Positions 40,250 through 50,381 are shown, counted from the first letter of the stretch. The stretch: 64,000 nt of DNA from Candidatus Eiseniibacteriota bacterium (GCA_044222065.1 JBGAOA010000008.1:19229-83228); one strand, 5' to 3'. Notes: a model not told the origin generated them from the letters alone. Translations and numbers: made by a program.

Positions 40250-42016
40250 ATGAGAGGTCGGTCCCCCGCCTTGCGCCTCGTTCGAGCCGGCTGCGCCATC
40301 GTGCTCCTCTCGCTCCCGGCGGCCTCCGCGCACGCCGCGTGGCCGATCGCGTCGACTTCGCCGCTCTTCGTCAACGCGTCCGGCGGCTACCAGACGCAGC
40401 CAGTCGTCGTGGCCGACGGCACGAGCGGCCTGTTCGTCGCCTGGACCGACACGCGCGACGAGCAGAAGGTCCGCGTCCAGCGCTTCACGACGTCCGGAGA
40501 CGTCGCGCCCGGCTGGCCGCTCGACGGCTTCCGCCCCGGCCCCGCCTCGGCCGCGCAGCGATCGCCCGCGCTCCTTCCCGACGGCGCCGGCGGCGTGTTC
40601 GTCGCGTGGGAACAGACGGGCCCCGCGGGCGACTGGGACGTCTGGGTGCAGCACGTCGTCGCGGGCCCCGCGATCGCCGACGGCTGGCTCGCGAACGGAT
40701 CGGCGGTGTGCACGTCGGCCCGCAACCAGACGGCGCCGCGGCTGCACCCCGACGGCGCGGGCGGCGCGCTCGTGCTGTGGGCGGACGAGCGCACGCGCCC
40801 GTTCACGTTCCTCTACGGTTCGCGCGTCACGCCGCTCGGCTCGCGCGCGGAAGGCTGGCCGAGGAACGGCCGCTCGATCGGGTTGCTGGGCGGTCCGACG
40901 AGCCCCTTCACCTCGATCCCCGACGACGCGGGCGGGGCGTTCACGTTCTACCTCGGCGCCGATTCGCTGATGCACCTGCATCGCATCGCGAACTCGGGCG
41001 AGTTCGCGGCCGGCTGGCCGATCAACGACGGCGTGACGCTCGGCCAGATGGTCGGACTCGTCTCGGCCCCGGCGCTCGTGCCCGACGGGGCGGGTGGCGT
41101 GTTCGCCGCCTGGTCCCAGTACACGGTGGACATGGACGTGAAGCTCACGCGCATCCGCGGCGACGGCGTCCCCGCTCCGGGCTGGGTCGTCGAGGGCTAC
41201 TACGTGTGTTCGGCGCCGCTGGACCAGTGGCTGCGCGGCGCGGCGAGCGACGGCGCGGGCGGCGTGATCCTCGCGTGGGACGACAACCGCCTCAGCGCGA
41301 CGAAGAAGACGGACATCTACGCGCTGCGCGTGCTCGGAAGCGGTGCCGTCGCGCCGGGCTGGGTGCCGGAGGGGACCGGCCTCGACGTCTCGACGAGCGA
41401 CGATCGCGACGTCTCGATCGTTCCGGACGGCCTCGGCGGCGCGATCGTCGTGTACCGCTCGGGCAACTTCAACACCGGCTCGATCACGCTCGTGGCGCAG
41501 CGCGCGGCCGCCGACGGCACGCGCCCGACCGGCTGGGCGACGAGCGGAAACGACGTCGGCGTCGTCGCCGGTCGCGACGCGGTCCCGAGCGTCGTCTCGG
41601 ACGGACTCGGCGGCGCGGTGATCGTGTGGTCGTTCGAGAACACGGCGGTGCCGCTCGCGCGCCTGACGAGGATCGACCGGAACGGCAAGCTCCAGGGGCC
41701 CGCGCCCGGCGCGACGACGGACGCCCCCGAGTCGCCGTCCGAGCTGCGGCTCGCCCCGATCGCCCCGAATCCGGTTCGCGGCTACGCGCAGTTGCGATTC
41801 GCGCTGCCGAGCGCGGCACGCGTGACGCTCGAGGTGCTGGATCCGGCGGGGCGCCGCGTGCGCACGCTCGCGCGCGGAGCGTTCGAAGCGGGAACGCACG
41901 CGGCCGAGTGGCGCGGCGACGACGAGGACGGACGTCGCGTCGCGAGCGGGATCTACTTCGCGGTGCTCACGGCCGGCGACGAGCGCCGCGTGCGCCGCAT
42001 GCTGCTCACGCGCTGA
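40250..42016 (+). CDS. Secreted repeat (beta-propeller-like) protein with C-terminal FlgD-Ig / T9SS-CTD-like domain
   Basis: Signal peptide, eight DGxGG-xxxx-W/Y repeats, tail APNPVRG...LEVLDPAGRRVRTL...WRGDDEDGRRVASGIYF. Confidence 0.8.
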   Translation: MRGRSPALRLVRAGCAIVLLSLPAASAHAAWPIASTSPLFVNASGGYQTQPVVVADGTSGLFVAWTDTRDEQKVRVQRFTTSGDVAPGWPLDGFRPGPASAAQRSPALLPDGAGGVFVAWEQTGPAGDWDVWVQHVVAGPAIADGWLANGSAVCTSARNQTAPRLHPDGAGGALVLWADERTRPFTFLYGSRVTPLGSRAEGWPRNGRSIGLLGGPTSPFTSIPDDAGGAFTFYLGADSLMHLHRIANSGEFAAGWPINDGVTLGQMVGLVSAPALVPDGAGGVFAAWSQYTVDMDVKLTRIRGDGVPAPGWVVEGYYVCSAPLDQWLRGAASDGAGGVILAWDDNRLSATKKTDIYALRVLGSGAVAPGWVPEGTGLDVSTSDDRDVSIVPDGLGGAIVVYRSGNFNTGSITLVAQRAAADGTRPTGWATSGNDVGVVAGRDAVPSVVSDGLGGAVIVWSFENTAVPLARLTRIDRNGKLQGPAPGATTDAPESPSELRLAPIAPNPVRGYAQLRFALPSAARVTLEVLDPAGRRVRTLARGAFEAGTHAAEWRGDDEDGRRVASGIYFAVLTAGDERRVRRMLLTR

Positions 42017-42020
42017 GACG

Positions 42021-42443
42021 TCACTCGCCGTCGGGCGACAGGAAGCGCTCGACCCAGCGATAGCCTTCGAGGATCAGGAGCCCGAGCAGCGTTCCGCCGA
42101 TCGCGAGCCCGTACGCGTGCACGCCGACGGCGACGCCGATCGCGGCGACCATCCACACGCTCGCGGCGGTCGTGAGGCCGTGCACGTAGCCCTCGGTGCG
42201 CATGATGCTGCCCGCGCCGAGGAAGCCGACGCCGGTGACGACGCCATGAATGATGCGCGTGGGGTCGAAGTTCGCCATGCCGAAGCTCTTCATAGCGTGC
42301 GGTGCCATCAGCACGAACATCGTGGAGCCGAGGCACACGAGCGTGTGCGTGCGGAGTCCGGCGGGCTTGCGTCCCATCTGCCGCTCCCAGCCGACGATCG
42401 TGCCGAGCGCGGTGGACAGGAGCATCGGAAGCACATCGTTCAT
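42021..42443 (-). CDS. mgtC: MgtC/SapB family membrane protein (short form)
   Basis: GWERQ...PAGLRTHTLV, DPTRII.GVVTGVGFLGAG, GLTTAASVW. Confidence 0.92.
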   Translation of the reverse strand: MNDVLPMLLSTALGTIVGWERQMGRKPAGLRTHTLVCLGSTMFVLMAPHAMKSFGMANFDPTRIIHGVVTGVGFLGAGSIMRTEGYVHGLTTAASVWMVAAIGVAVGVHAYGLAIGGTLLGLLILEGYRWVERFLSPDGE

Positions 42444-42465
42444 GGGCACCTCCCTGTGCGGCGGC

Positions 42466-42494
42466 ATTATCGGCACGAGGCGGTGCGGGCTCAA
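42466..42494 (-). promoter_or_regulatory. Putative sigma70 promoter of mgtC
   Basis: TTGAGC, 17-nt spacer, GATAAT, ending 22 nt upstream of the ATG. Confidence 0.5.
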
Positions 42495-42639
42495 CCCGTG
42501 GCGGCCGCCGGCGACGTCTCATTCGCTCCCGGAGTGAACGCGCCCGCGCGACTTCGAACGCGGGGAGTGCGGCAGTAGCAGCTCCGACGCGTGGTGGAAG
42601 GCGCGGCGTTCCGCTGCGACGGGCTCGAGGAGAGCGCCC

Positions 42640-42956
42640 CTTTCGCTTCGACACGCCCGGGGCGATCGTCGCTTTCGCTTCGACACGCCCAGGGCGATCA
42701 GCTTCCCCTCCGGAAGGAGGACGGCCCCCACCCACCTTCAATCCTCCCGGAGGGCTTCGATCGCCCCTGCGGCTGCATTGGCGAGCGTCGGGGCCTCGCT
42801 GCTCTCGGGAGGAGTGAAGGTGGGGCGGGGGCCGTCCTCCTCCCGAGAGCAGCGGAGCACCGGACGCGGCGGATCGGAGTGCCCCGCAGCGATCCCGACT
42901 CAAAGGTGGGGCGGAGGCTGTTCTCCTCCCGAGAGCAGAGGAGCCCCGGACGCGGC
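42640..42956. repeat. Intergenic cluster of direct and inverted repeats (REP/BIME-like)
   Basis: 28-nt direct repeat at 42640-42667 / 42672-42699 (1 mismatch); 54-nt direct repeat at 42817-42870 / 42903-42956 (5 mismatches); perfect 17-bp inverted repeat at 42798-42814 / 42837-42853; inverted partial copy at 42716-42738. Confidence 0.85.
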
Positions 42957-42986
42957 CTGGTGGTGCGACGCTCGCGATATGGACGA

Positions 42987-43787
42987 TCAGCGATTCTCGA
43001 ACTTCGCGGGACGCTTCTCGAGGAACGCGGTGAGGCCCTCGTGCATGTCGCGGCTCGCCGCCATCGTGCCGAAGAACGAACTCTCGAGCCGGAGCGCGTC
43101 GGGCAGCGACATCCCCGCGCCGTGTCGCACCGCTTCGAGCACGGCGGCGACGGCGATCGGACCGTTCTTCAGGATCGCCTGCGCGAGCGCGACCGCCTCT
43201 TCGAGCAGCTTCGCCTGCGGCACGACGCGGTTCACGAGCCCGATGCGCTCGGCCTCGTCCGCCTTCACCTTGCGCGCCGTCGTCAGGAGTTCGAGCGCGC
43301 GCGCCGGGCCCACGAGACGCGGCAGGCGCTGCGTCCCGCCGTAGCCGGGAATGATGCCGAGGCTCACCTCGGGCAGTCCGAGCACGGCGTTCTCGGACGC
43401 GATCCGCAGGTGGCAGGCGAGCGCCAGCTCGCAGCCGCCTCCGAGCGCGAAGCCGTTGACCGCGGCGATCACGGGCTTGTTGACGTTCGCGAGCCGGTCG
43501 AACGCGCGCTGGCCGAACGCCGAGGTCGCCTCCGCTTCGCGCGCGCCGAGCGGCGCGAGTTCGTTGATGTCCGCGCCCGCGACGAAGCTCTTCTCCCCCG
43601 CGCCGGTCACGATCAGCGCGCGCTGGGCGTCGTCCTCGGCGAACCGCCGTGCGGCGTCGTCGATCTCGCCGATCGTGGCGTGGTTGAGGGCGTTCAGCAC
43701 CTGCGGCCGGTTCACGGTCAGGATCGTGATCGCGTCGCGGCGTTCGATCAGCAGGTTCGCGTAGGTCGGGAGGGTCGTCGTGCTCAT
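42987..43787 (-). CDS. Enoyl-CoA hydratase (crotonase)
   Basis: NRPQVLNALN, FVAGADI, AVNGFALGGGCELA, PEVSLGIIPGYGGTQRLPRL. Confidence 0.95.
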   Translation of the reverse strand: MSTTTLPTYANLLIERRDAITILTVNRPQVLNALNHATIGEIDDAARRFAEDDAQRALIVTGAGEKSFVAGADINELAPLGAREAEATSAFGQRAFDRLANVNKPVIAAVNGFALGGGCELALACHLRIASENAVLGLPEVSLGIIPGYGGTQRLPRLVGPARALELLTTARKVKADEAERIGLVNRVVPQAKLLEEAVALAQAILKNGPIAVAAVLEAVRHGAGMSLPDALRLESSFFGTMAASRDMHEGLTAFLEKRPAKFENR

Positions 43788-43965
43788 GGGCGGGGCTCGC
43801 GGATGACGCGGAGTTCGCGACGCGCGCGGATCGCGCGGCGGGGCTCCGGGAGGCGGCAGTATAGGAAGCGCTTTCGAAGAGCGGCAAGCGGAGCGGCTCT
43901 CGCGACGCGCGTCTTGAGCCGCGCCGCGGCCGCGCCTACGATGGCCCCGCGCTCACGCGCTCCGA

Positions 43966-45273
43966 ATGCGCCCCGATCCCTCGCCGACGACCGACGCTTC
44001 GCGTCTCGCCGCCGAGCTCCGATTCCTCACGGAGCTCGCGCGCGTGCTCGCGTCCACGACCGAACTTCAGGTCATCCTCGACTGGATCGTCGGCGCGACC
44101 ACCGACCTGCTCGCCGCCGAGGAAGGCTCGTTGCGCCTCCAGGGCGGCGACGACAACGCGTCGGGACTGTTCACGGTCGTCCGGCGCGGCGGTCGCGGAT
44201 CGGGCAGCGCCTCGTGGCCGCCGTTCGTGAGCTTCACCGTAATGGGGCACCTCGAGAGCGCGTCGTCGCTCGCCACGCCGGACCTGCGCACGGACCCGCG
44301 CTTCCCCGCGCTGGCGCGCGCGCCCGAGAACCTCCGAGCGGCGCTCGCCGTGCCGCTCGTCGTGGAAGACCGCCGGATCGGATTCCTGGCGGTCACCGAG
44401 ACGCGCCCCGGCCGCACGTGGAGCGCGGGCGACGTCCAGCTGCTCGCGACCGTGGCGTCGCATTCGGCCGTGGCGATCGAGCAGGCGCGGTTGCGCGCCG
44501 AAGCCGAAGCGAAGCGCGAATTCGAGGCGCGCACGCGCCGGCTCGAGGAGGAGCTGGACCGCGCGCGCGACACGCAGCGAGCGCTCGTTCCGGACGCGCC
44601 GCTCGCCGTGGGCGCCCGGCGCGTCGCCGGTCGCGTGGAGCCCGCGCGCGCCGTGGGCGGGGACGCGTTCGACCACTTCGCGCTCGACGGCGGACGATTC
44701 GCGTTCGCGATCGCCGACGTCTCGGGCAAGGGTGTGCCCGCGGCGCTGCTGATCGCGAGCACGATCGCCTCGCTGCGCGCGATCTGCAACGGCCGTCGCC
44801 CGGTCGAGGACGCGATCGCGTCGCTCAACCGCAGCGTCCGTCGTCACGCCCCGCCCGGGCACTACGTGACGCTGTTCTACGCGGAGTTCGATCCGGCCGG
44901 CGGCGCGCTCGAGTACGTGAACGCGGGACACACGCCGGCGCTCGTTCGCCGCGCCGGCGGTTCGGTGGAGCGGCTCGAGACGGGCGGCATCGCGCTCGGC
45001 TTCCTCGAGGACTGGCGCTACGAACGCGGCCGGACGGCGCTCGCCGCCGGCGACGCGCTGCTCGGCTACAGCGACGGCATCAGCGAGGCCCGCGGCCCGT
45101 CCGGTGACGAATTCGGGTTCGAGCGGCTCGAGCGGCTGTGGAGCGCGTGCGGCGCGTCGGAGGCCGGCCGCGCGCTCGCCGCGGTGTTCGACGAACTCGC
45201 GCGGTTTCGCGCGGGCGCCGACCCGCACGACGACACGACGGCGATCGTGCTGTCGGCCGAATCGGCGCCGTGA
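43966..45273 (+). CDS. GAF + SpoIIE/RsbU-type PP2C phosphatase
   Basis: GAF-like N-terminus, VGGDAFD, IADVSGKGVPAAL, YVNAGH, YSDGISEA, DDTT. Confidence 0.9.
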   Translation: MRPDPSPTTDASRLAAELRFLTELARVLASTTELQVILDWIVGATTDLLAAEEGSLRLQGGDDNASGLFTVVRRGGRGSGSASWPPFVSFTVMGHLESASSLATPDLRTDPRFPALARAPENLRAALAVPLVVEDRRIGFLAVTETRPGRTWSAGDVQLLATVASHSAVAIEQARLRAEAEAKREFEARTRRLEEELDRARDTQRALVPDAPLAVGARRVAGRVEPARAVGGDAFDHFALDGGRFAFAIADVSGKGVPAALLIASTIASLRAICNGRRPVEDAIASLNRSVRRHAPPGHYVTLFYAEFDPAGGALEYVNAGHTPALVRRAGGSVERLETGGIALGFLEDWRYERGRTALAAGDALLGYSDGISEARGPSGDEFGFERLERLWSACGASEAGRALAAVFDELARFRAGADPHDDTTAIVLSAESAP

Positions 45274-46121
45274 AGCGCTTCGGCCCCGCCCTCGCCTGGC
45301 TGATGGTCGCGATGCTCGCGATCCTCGCCGTGCTGGGCGCTCGCGCCGCCGGCCGCGACGTCTCCGTCCTCGCGCGCACGACGCCGAAGCGCACCGCGCT
45401 CATGCAGGCGCGAATCGCCGAGGCGGCGCGCCGCGGACGAACGCTCGCGATCCGCCAGCGCGTCGTTCCCTACGATCGCATCTCGCCGATGCTCCGGCGG
45501 GCCGTGCTCGTCGCGGAGGACGACGCGTTCTTCAGCCACGGCGGCCTCGACTGGAACGAGCTGCGCGCGTCGGCGCGCCGCAACTGGGAGGCGGGACGGA
45601 TCGTGCGCGGCGGGAGCACGATCACGCAGCAGCTCGCGAAGAACCTGTGGCTCTCGAACGCGCGCTCGCCGCTGCGCAAGATCGAAGAGGTCCTGCTCGC
45701 GTACCGGCTCGAGCGCGCGCTCACGAAGCGGCGCATCTTCGAGCTGTACCTGAACGTGATCGAGTGGGGCGACGGCGTGTTCGGCGCCGAAGCCGCCGCG
45801 CGTCACTACTTCGGCGTCTCGGCCGCGGCGCTGGACGCCCGCCAGTCGGTGCTGCTCGCTGCGGTCATCATCAACCCGCGGCGCTTCTCGGCGCTCGATC
45901 CGCCGCGCCGCATCGAGCGGCGTGCGCGCCTCATCGCGGGACGACTGCACCGCCGCGGCTACCTGAGCGATGCGGAGTACCGCCGAGCGATCGCGGCGCC
46001 GCCGGAGCCGTGGTTCGGAGCCGTTGACTCGGCGAACGCGGCAGGCCCGGAGCCTTCCGTCGCGCCTTCCCCCGGACCCGAGGCGCCGCCCGCCGGCTCC
46101 GTTCCGGGGTCCGCGCGCTGA
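45270..46121 (+). CDS. mtgA: Monofunctional peptidoglycan transglycosylase
   Basis: AEDDAFFSHGG, RGGSTITQQLAKNL, RKIEE, KRRIFELYLNVIEWG; GTGA overlap with the upstream gene. Confidence 0.92.
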   Translation: MKRFGPALAWLMVAMLAILAVLGARAAGRDVSVLARTTPKRTALMQARIAEAARRGRTLAIRQRVVPYDRISPMLRRAVLVAEDDAFFSHGGLDWNELRASARRNWEAGRIVRGGSTITQQLAKNLWLSNARSPLRKIEEVLLAYRLERALTKRRIFELYLNVIEWGDGVFGAEAAARHYFGVSAAALDARQSVLLAAVIINPRRFSALDPPRRIERRARLIAGRLHRRGYLSDAEYRRAIAAPPEPWFGAVDSANAAGPEPSVAPSPGPEAPPAGSVPGSAR

Positions 46122-46134
46122 CCGGCGGCGCGCC

Positions 46135-46593
46135 TCAGCCGCCGAGCGCTTCCTTCACGAGCCGCGACACCGTTCCGCCCTCGGCCTTCCCCTTCACCTT
46201 GCCCATCAGCAATCCCATCACCTTGCCCATGTCCTTCGGCGCGGACGCTCCGGACTGCTTCACGGCGTCGGCGATGAGTGCGCGCAGTTCGGTCTCGGAC
46301 AGCATCTCGGGCAGGTAGCGCTGCGTCACCGCGATCTCCTGCTCTTCGCGCGCGAGCGTCTCGGTGCGGCCGATGCGCTTCAGTTCCTCGATCGTCTCGC
46401 GGCGCTTCTTCACGTAGCGCTGCAGGATCTCGATCTCTTCGTCGGCCGTGAAGGGCGCCTCCTTGGCCTTCTTCGTCTTCGCTTCGAGCAGCGCGGCCTT
46501 CAGCATGCGCAGCGTGCTCAGCGTGTCGGCATCCTTGCTCTTCATCGCGGCCGTCATGTCGTTCTGGATGCGTTCGAGTGCGGATTCGCTCAT
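46135..46593 (-). CDS. yqeY: GatB/YqeY domain protein
   Basis: DMTAAMKSKD...LRMLKAA, KKRRE, YLPEMLSE, DMGKVMG. Confidence 0.92.
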   Translation of the reverse strand: MSESALERIQNDMTAAMKSKDADTLSTLRMLKAALLEAKTKKAKEAPFTADEEIEILQRYVKKRRETIEELKRIGRTETLAREEQEIAVTQRYLPEMLSETELRALIADAVKQSGASAPKDMGKVMGLLMGKVKGKAEGGTVSRLVKEALGG

Positions 46594-46657
46594 GGATCTC
46601 CTCGCGCGGATCGGGATGGGCGCGAAACGTAGCACACGCGCCGCGCCCGGAACGCGA

Positions 46658-46688
46658 ACGGCGCCGGAGCTCGAAGCTCCGGCGCCGT
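46658..46688. terminator. Perfect 14-bp hairpin downstream of the Cys-rich gene
   Basis: ACGGCGCCGGAGCT-CGA-AGCTCCGGCGCCGT; only a weak T tract. Confidence 0.45.
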
Positions 46689-46705
46689 ATCGCGAAGGAT
46701 GCGGA

Positions 46706-47455
46706 CTAGCGGTACAGGGTCTTGATGCTGCCCCACGAGTGCGGCGTCGTCGGCACGACGTTGCAGCAGTCGACGTCGGCGTTGAGGATCGGGTTTCCGG
46801 GGAAGCCGATGTCGACGCACAGGTCGTCCGTGCCGCCCGACCAGACGTTGTAGGACTGGCAGGCGTTGCACGCGGCCGTCGTGATGAGGCGCGGCACCGT
46901 CGTCGAGGTCGAGCAGCCCGTTCCCGGCGTGATGAAGTTCACCGCGATGAACGCGTCCTGCGTGATGCAGCAGCCCGGAGGCAGCGGCATCGAGAAGTTG
47001 TAGTTGCCGGCGGCCGGCGGCGTCAGGTTGTAGTAGAGCGGACCGCACAGCACGTTGTTCGCATCGGGCACGCGGCACGCGGCGTCGCCGGCAGCCGCGA
47101 CGACGTAGACGGCGACCTGCTGCGTGCAGACGACGCGGAAGTTGATCAGCATGTTGACCTTCGTGACGATCACGCCCCCCGGCCCGGAGCACGCGGCGCA
47201 GTCCGACGGACGGATGAGCTGCAGGTACGCGTCGTCCGGTGGAGCGACATAGTTGATGAGCCACGCGGGAGCACCGGTCTCCCCGAGGACGCAGGTCGAG
47301 TGCGTGTTGTACGGCGTTCCGACCACGACGTCCTGCAGCGGCAGACCGTCGTACGGCTCGACCTGCGGCGCGGGCTTGGCGGCGAGCGCCGTCGTGGCGG
47401 CAACCGCGAGACCGAGGGCGGTGAGGACGGCACAGATGCGATAGCGAAGCGGCAT
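46706..47455 (-). CDS. Secreted Cys-rich protein with C-terminal SWGSIKTLYR motif
   Basis: Signal peptide, 14 Cys in the mature part, ends VPTTPHSWGSIKTLYR; GGAGGAGG RBS. Confidence 0.8.
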   Translation of the reverse strand: MPLRYRICAVLTALGLAVAATTALAAKPAPQVEPYDGLPLQDVVVGTPYNTHSTCVLGETGAPAWLINYVAPPDDAYLQLIRPSDCAACSGPGGVIVTKVNMLINFRVVCTQQVAVYVVAAAGDAACRVPDANNVLCGPLYYNLTPPAAGNYNFSMPLPPGCCITQDAFIAVNFITPGTGCSTSTTVPRLITTAACNACQSYNVWSGGTDDLCVDIGFPGNPILNADVDCCNVVPTTPHSWGSIKTLYR

Positions 47456-47720
47456 GGAGGACCTCCTCCGGAGAAGGGGCGGCCGACGGGCGGATTCCCG
47501 GCAGGCGCGTGAATTCGGGCCGCGCGGCTCGTCCTGAGCGGACGGCACGACTCCCGCGCGAAAAGGTGCGGCTCGCCGCGAAGCGGGTCAACGAGAATGT
47601 TGACGAAGCGCTGAATATTCGAACGAGCGGCGTTTGGAGAGACGGTCCGGTGGATGCCTCGGCTGAACAGGCGCGTCCACCCGTCCTGCTCGTCGCGAGC
47701 GTCGGCGTTCGAGCGTGCGC

Positions 47721-47749
47721 TTGACCCTCTTCGACCCCCTCCCTAGTCT
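47721..47749 (+). promoter_or_regulatory. Putative sigma70 promoter of pccB
   Basis: TTGACC, 17-nt spacer, TAGTCT. Confidence 0.6.
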
Positions 47750-47785
47750 GCGGCCGATTCCGACTTCGTCCTTCCGGAGGGGCCC

Positions 47786-49336
47786 GTGAACCGAGAACAG
47801 CGTCTGGCCGAGCTGCGCCGGCGGCGTGAACAATCGCTCGCCGGAGGCGGCCCGGAGCGCGTCGCGAAGATCCACGCGCAGGGCCGTCTGACGGCCCGGG
47901 AGCGGCTCGAGCTGCTGCTCGATCCCGGATCGTTCGTGGAGATCGGAGCGTTCGTCACGCACCGGTCCACCGAGTTCGGCATGGGCAGCCGGCGCATCAC
48001 CGGCGACGGGGTCGTCGCGGGCTGGGGGCTCGTGGACGGGCGGCTCGTGTACGTGTTCGCGCAGGACTTCACGGTCTTCGGCGGCACGATGAGCGAGGCC
48101 AACGGCCGGAAGATCTGCGCGATCATGGACCTCGCGATGGAGAACGGCGCCCCGGTCATCGGGCTCAACGACTCGGGCGGGGCGCGCATCCAGGAGGGCG
48201 TCCAGTCGCTCGGCGCCTACGCCGACGTGTTCCTGCGCAACACCCTCGCCTCGGGGGTCGTGCCGCAGATTTCCGCCATCATGGGCCCGTGCGCGGGCGG
48301 CGCGGTCTACTCCCCCGCGATCACCGACTTCACGATCATGACCGAAGGCACGAGCTACATGTTCGTGACCGGTCCCGACGTGATCAAGGCCGTCACCGCC
48401 GAAGAGGTGTCGTTCGAGGACCTCGGCGGCGCGATGAGCCACAACTCGAAGAGCGGCGTCGCGCACTTCGCCGCGAAGGACGACGCCGACTGCCTGCGCC
48501 ACGTGCGCCGGCTGCTCTCGTACCTGCCGAGCAACAACCAGGAGGAGCCGCCGCGGATCGCGTGCTCCGATCCGGTGGAGCGGCGCGACGCCGCGCTCGG
48601 CACGATCGTGCCCGATCAGGCCGACAAGCCGTACGACGTGAAGGACGTCATCCGCCACGTCGTCGACCACGGCGAGTTCTTCGAGGTGCACGAGCACTTC
48701 GCGCAGAACATCGTCGTCGGCTTCGCGCGATTGAACGGCCGGCCGATCGGTATCGTCGCGAACCAGCCGAAGGTGCTCGCGGGCGTGCTCGACATCGATT
48801 CGTCGGTGAAGGGCGCCCGCTTCGTGCGCTGCTGCGATGCCTTCAACGTGCCGCTGCTCACGTTCGAGGACGTGCCCGGGTTCCTGCCCGGCACGCGCCA
48901 GGAGTGGGGCGGCATCATCCGGCACGGCGCGAAGCTCCTCTACGCGTACTGCGAGGCGACCGTGCCGAAGCTCACCGTGATCCTGCGCAAGGCCTACGGC
49001 GGCGCGTACGACGTCATGTCGAGCAAGCACATCCGCGGCGACTACAACATCGCGTGGCCGACGACGGAGCTGGCCGTGATGGGCGCCGAAGGCGCGGTGA
49101 ACATCCTCTATCGAGACGAGATCGCGAAGGCGAAGGACCCGGCGGCCGAGCGCAAGCGCCTGATCGCCGAATACAACGAGCGTCTCGCCTCGCCGTGGAT
49201 CGCGGCGGAACTCGGGTTCATCGACGACGTCATCGAACCCGAGGACACGCGCCCGCGCCTCATCGCGGCGCTCGAGATGCTGCAGAACAAGAAGCAGACG
49301 CTGCCCGCGAAGAAGCACGGCAACCCGCCGCTCTGA
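47786..49336 (+). CDS. pccB: Acyl-CoA carboxylase carboxyltransferase subunit (propionyl-CoA carboxylase beta-like)
   Basis: [63 protein letters not shown]. Confidence 0.93.
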   Translation: MNREQRLAELRRRREQSLAGGGPERVAKIHAQGRLTARERLELLLDPGSFVEIGAFVTHRSTEFGMGSRRITGDGVVAGWGLVDGRLVYVFAQDFTVFGGTMSEANGRKICAIMDLAMENGAPVIGLNDSGGARIQEGVQSLGAYADVFLRNTLASGVVPQISAIMGPCAGGAVYSPAITDFTIMTEGTSYMFVTGPDVIKAVTAEEVSFEDLGGAMSHNSKSGVAHFAAKDDADCLRHVRRLLSYLPSNNQEEPPRIACSDPVERRDAALGTIVPDQADKPYDVKDVIRHVVDHGEFFEVHEHFAQNIVVGFARLNGRPIGIVANQPKVLAGVLDIDSSVKGARFVRCCDAFNVPLLTFEDVPGFLPGTRQEWGGIIRHGAKLLYAYCEATVPKLTVILRKAYGGAYDVMSSKHIRGDYNIAWPTTELAVMGAEGAVNILYRDEIAKAKDPAAERKRLIAEYNERLASPWIAAELGFIDDVIEPEDTRPRLIAALEMLQNKKQTLPAKKHGNPPL

Positions 49337-49352
49337 GCGCGCGCGGCGCGCT

Positions 49353-50381
49353 TCAGACGATCAGCATCGCGTCGCCGTAGCTGTAGAAGCGATAGCGCTC
49401 GCGCACCGCGTGCGCGTACGCGGCGCGCGTCAGGTCCTCGCCGGCGAACGCCGCGACGAGCAGCAGCAGCGTCGTGCGCGGCAGGTGGAAGTTCGTGACG
49501 AGCGCGTCCACCGCGCGGAACTCGTAGGGCGGCAGGATGTACTTGCGCGTCCACCCCGAGGCGGCGCCGAGCGTGCCGCCGCGCGCGTCGCACGCGGACT
49601 CGAGCGCCCGCACGCTCGTGGTGCCGACGGCGACGATGCGCCCGCCCGCGTCGCGTGCCGCCGAGAGGGCCGACGCGCACGCACCGGTCACCTCGAACCA
49701 CTCCTCGTCCATGCGGTGATCGCGCGGGTCCTCGGTCGCGATCGGGCGGAACGTGCCGGGGCCTACGTGCAGCAGGACTTCCGCGCGCCGCACACCCGCC
49801 GAGGCGAGCGATTCGAGCAGCGCGGTCGAGAAGTGCAGGCCCGCCGTGGGCGAGGCGACGGCGCCGTCCACGCGCGCGAACACGGTCTGGTAGCGCTCGG
49901 CGTCCTCGGGCGTCGCGGCGCGATGGATGTAGGGCGGCAGCGGAACGTGCCCCGAGGATCGCAGCGTGCGGTCGAGGTCGCCGCGCGTGACCCGCACGAC
50001 GCGTTCGCCGTCCTCTCCGATCGCGTCGACCTCGAGTTCCAGCGTGTCGTCGACGCTCGTCAGCGCCGTTCCCGGCGCCGCCTTCTTCGCGGGCTTCGCG
50101 AGCACGCGCCAGCGGCCGTCGCCCTCGGGACGCACGAACAGCAGCTCGACGCGCCCGCCGCTCGCGCGCCGCACGTCGAGCCGCGCCGGGCGCACGCGCG
50201 TCTCGTTCACGACCAGCGCGTCCCCCGCGCGCAGCCACCGCCCGATCGCCGAGAACGTCACGTCCGTGAACCGCCGGCTCGCGCGTTCGACGACGAGCAG
50301 TCGCGAGTCCTCGCGCCGCGCGGCGGGATGCTGCGCGATGAGTTCGGCGGGCAGCTCGTAATCGAGGGGCGAGGCGCTCAG
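49353..50381 (-). CDS. queA: S-adenosylmethionine:tRNA ribosyltransferase-isomerase (probable CTG start)
   Basis: [13 protein letters not shown]...[58 protein letters not shown]. Confidence 0.93.
   Translation of the reverse strand: MSASPLDYELPAELIAQHPAARREDSRLLVVERASRRFTDVTFSAIGRWLRAGDALVVNETRVRPARLDVRRASGGRVELLFVRPEGDGRWRVLAKPAKKAAPGTALTSVDDTLELEVDAIGEDGERVVRVTRGDLDRTLRSSGHVPLPPYIHRAATPEDAERYQTVFARVDGAVASPTAGLHFSTALLESLASAGVRRAEVLLHVGPGTFRPIATEDPRDHRMDEEWFEVTGACASALSAARDAGGRIVAVGTTSVRALESACDARGGTLGAASGWTRKYILPPYEFRAVDALVTNFHLPRTTLLLLVAAFAGEDLTRAAYAHAVRERYRFYSYGDAMLIV

Noticed and set aside
42817..42956. Two 54-nt repeats with a 32-nt spacer as a mini CRISPR array
   Set aside because: Only two degenerate copies, an inverted copy nearby, and no cas genes or AT-rich leader.
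42495..42986. M-box riboswitch or Pro-rich leader peptide controlling mgtC
   Set aside because: No M-box consensus recognised, and a promoter-like TTGAGC-17-GATAAT lies between the repeats and mgtC. The short in-frame Pro-containing extension overlaps that promoter.
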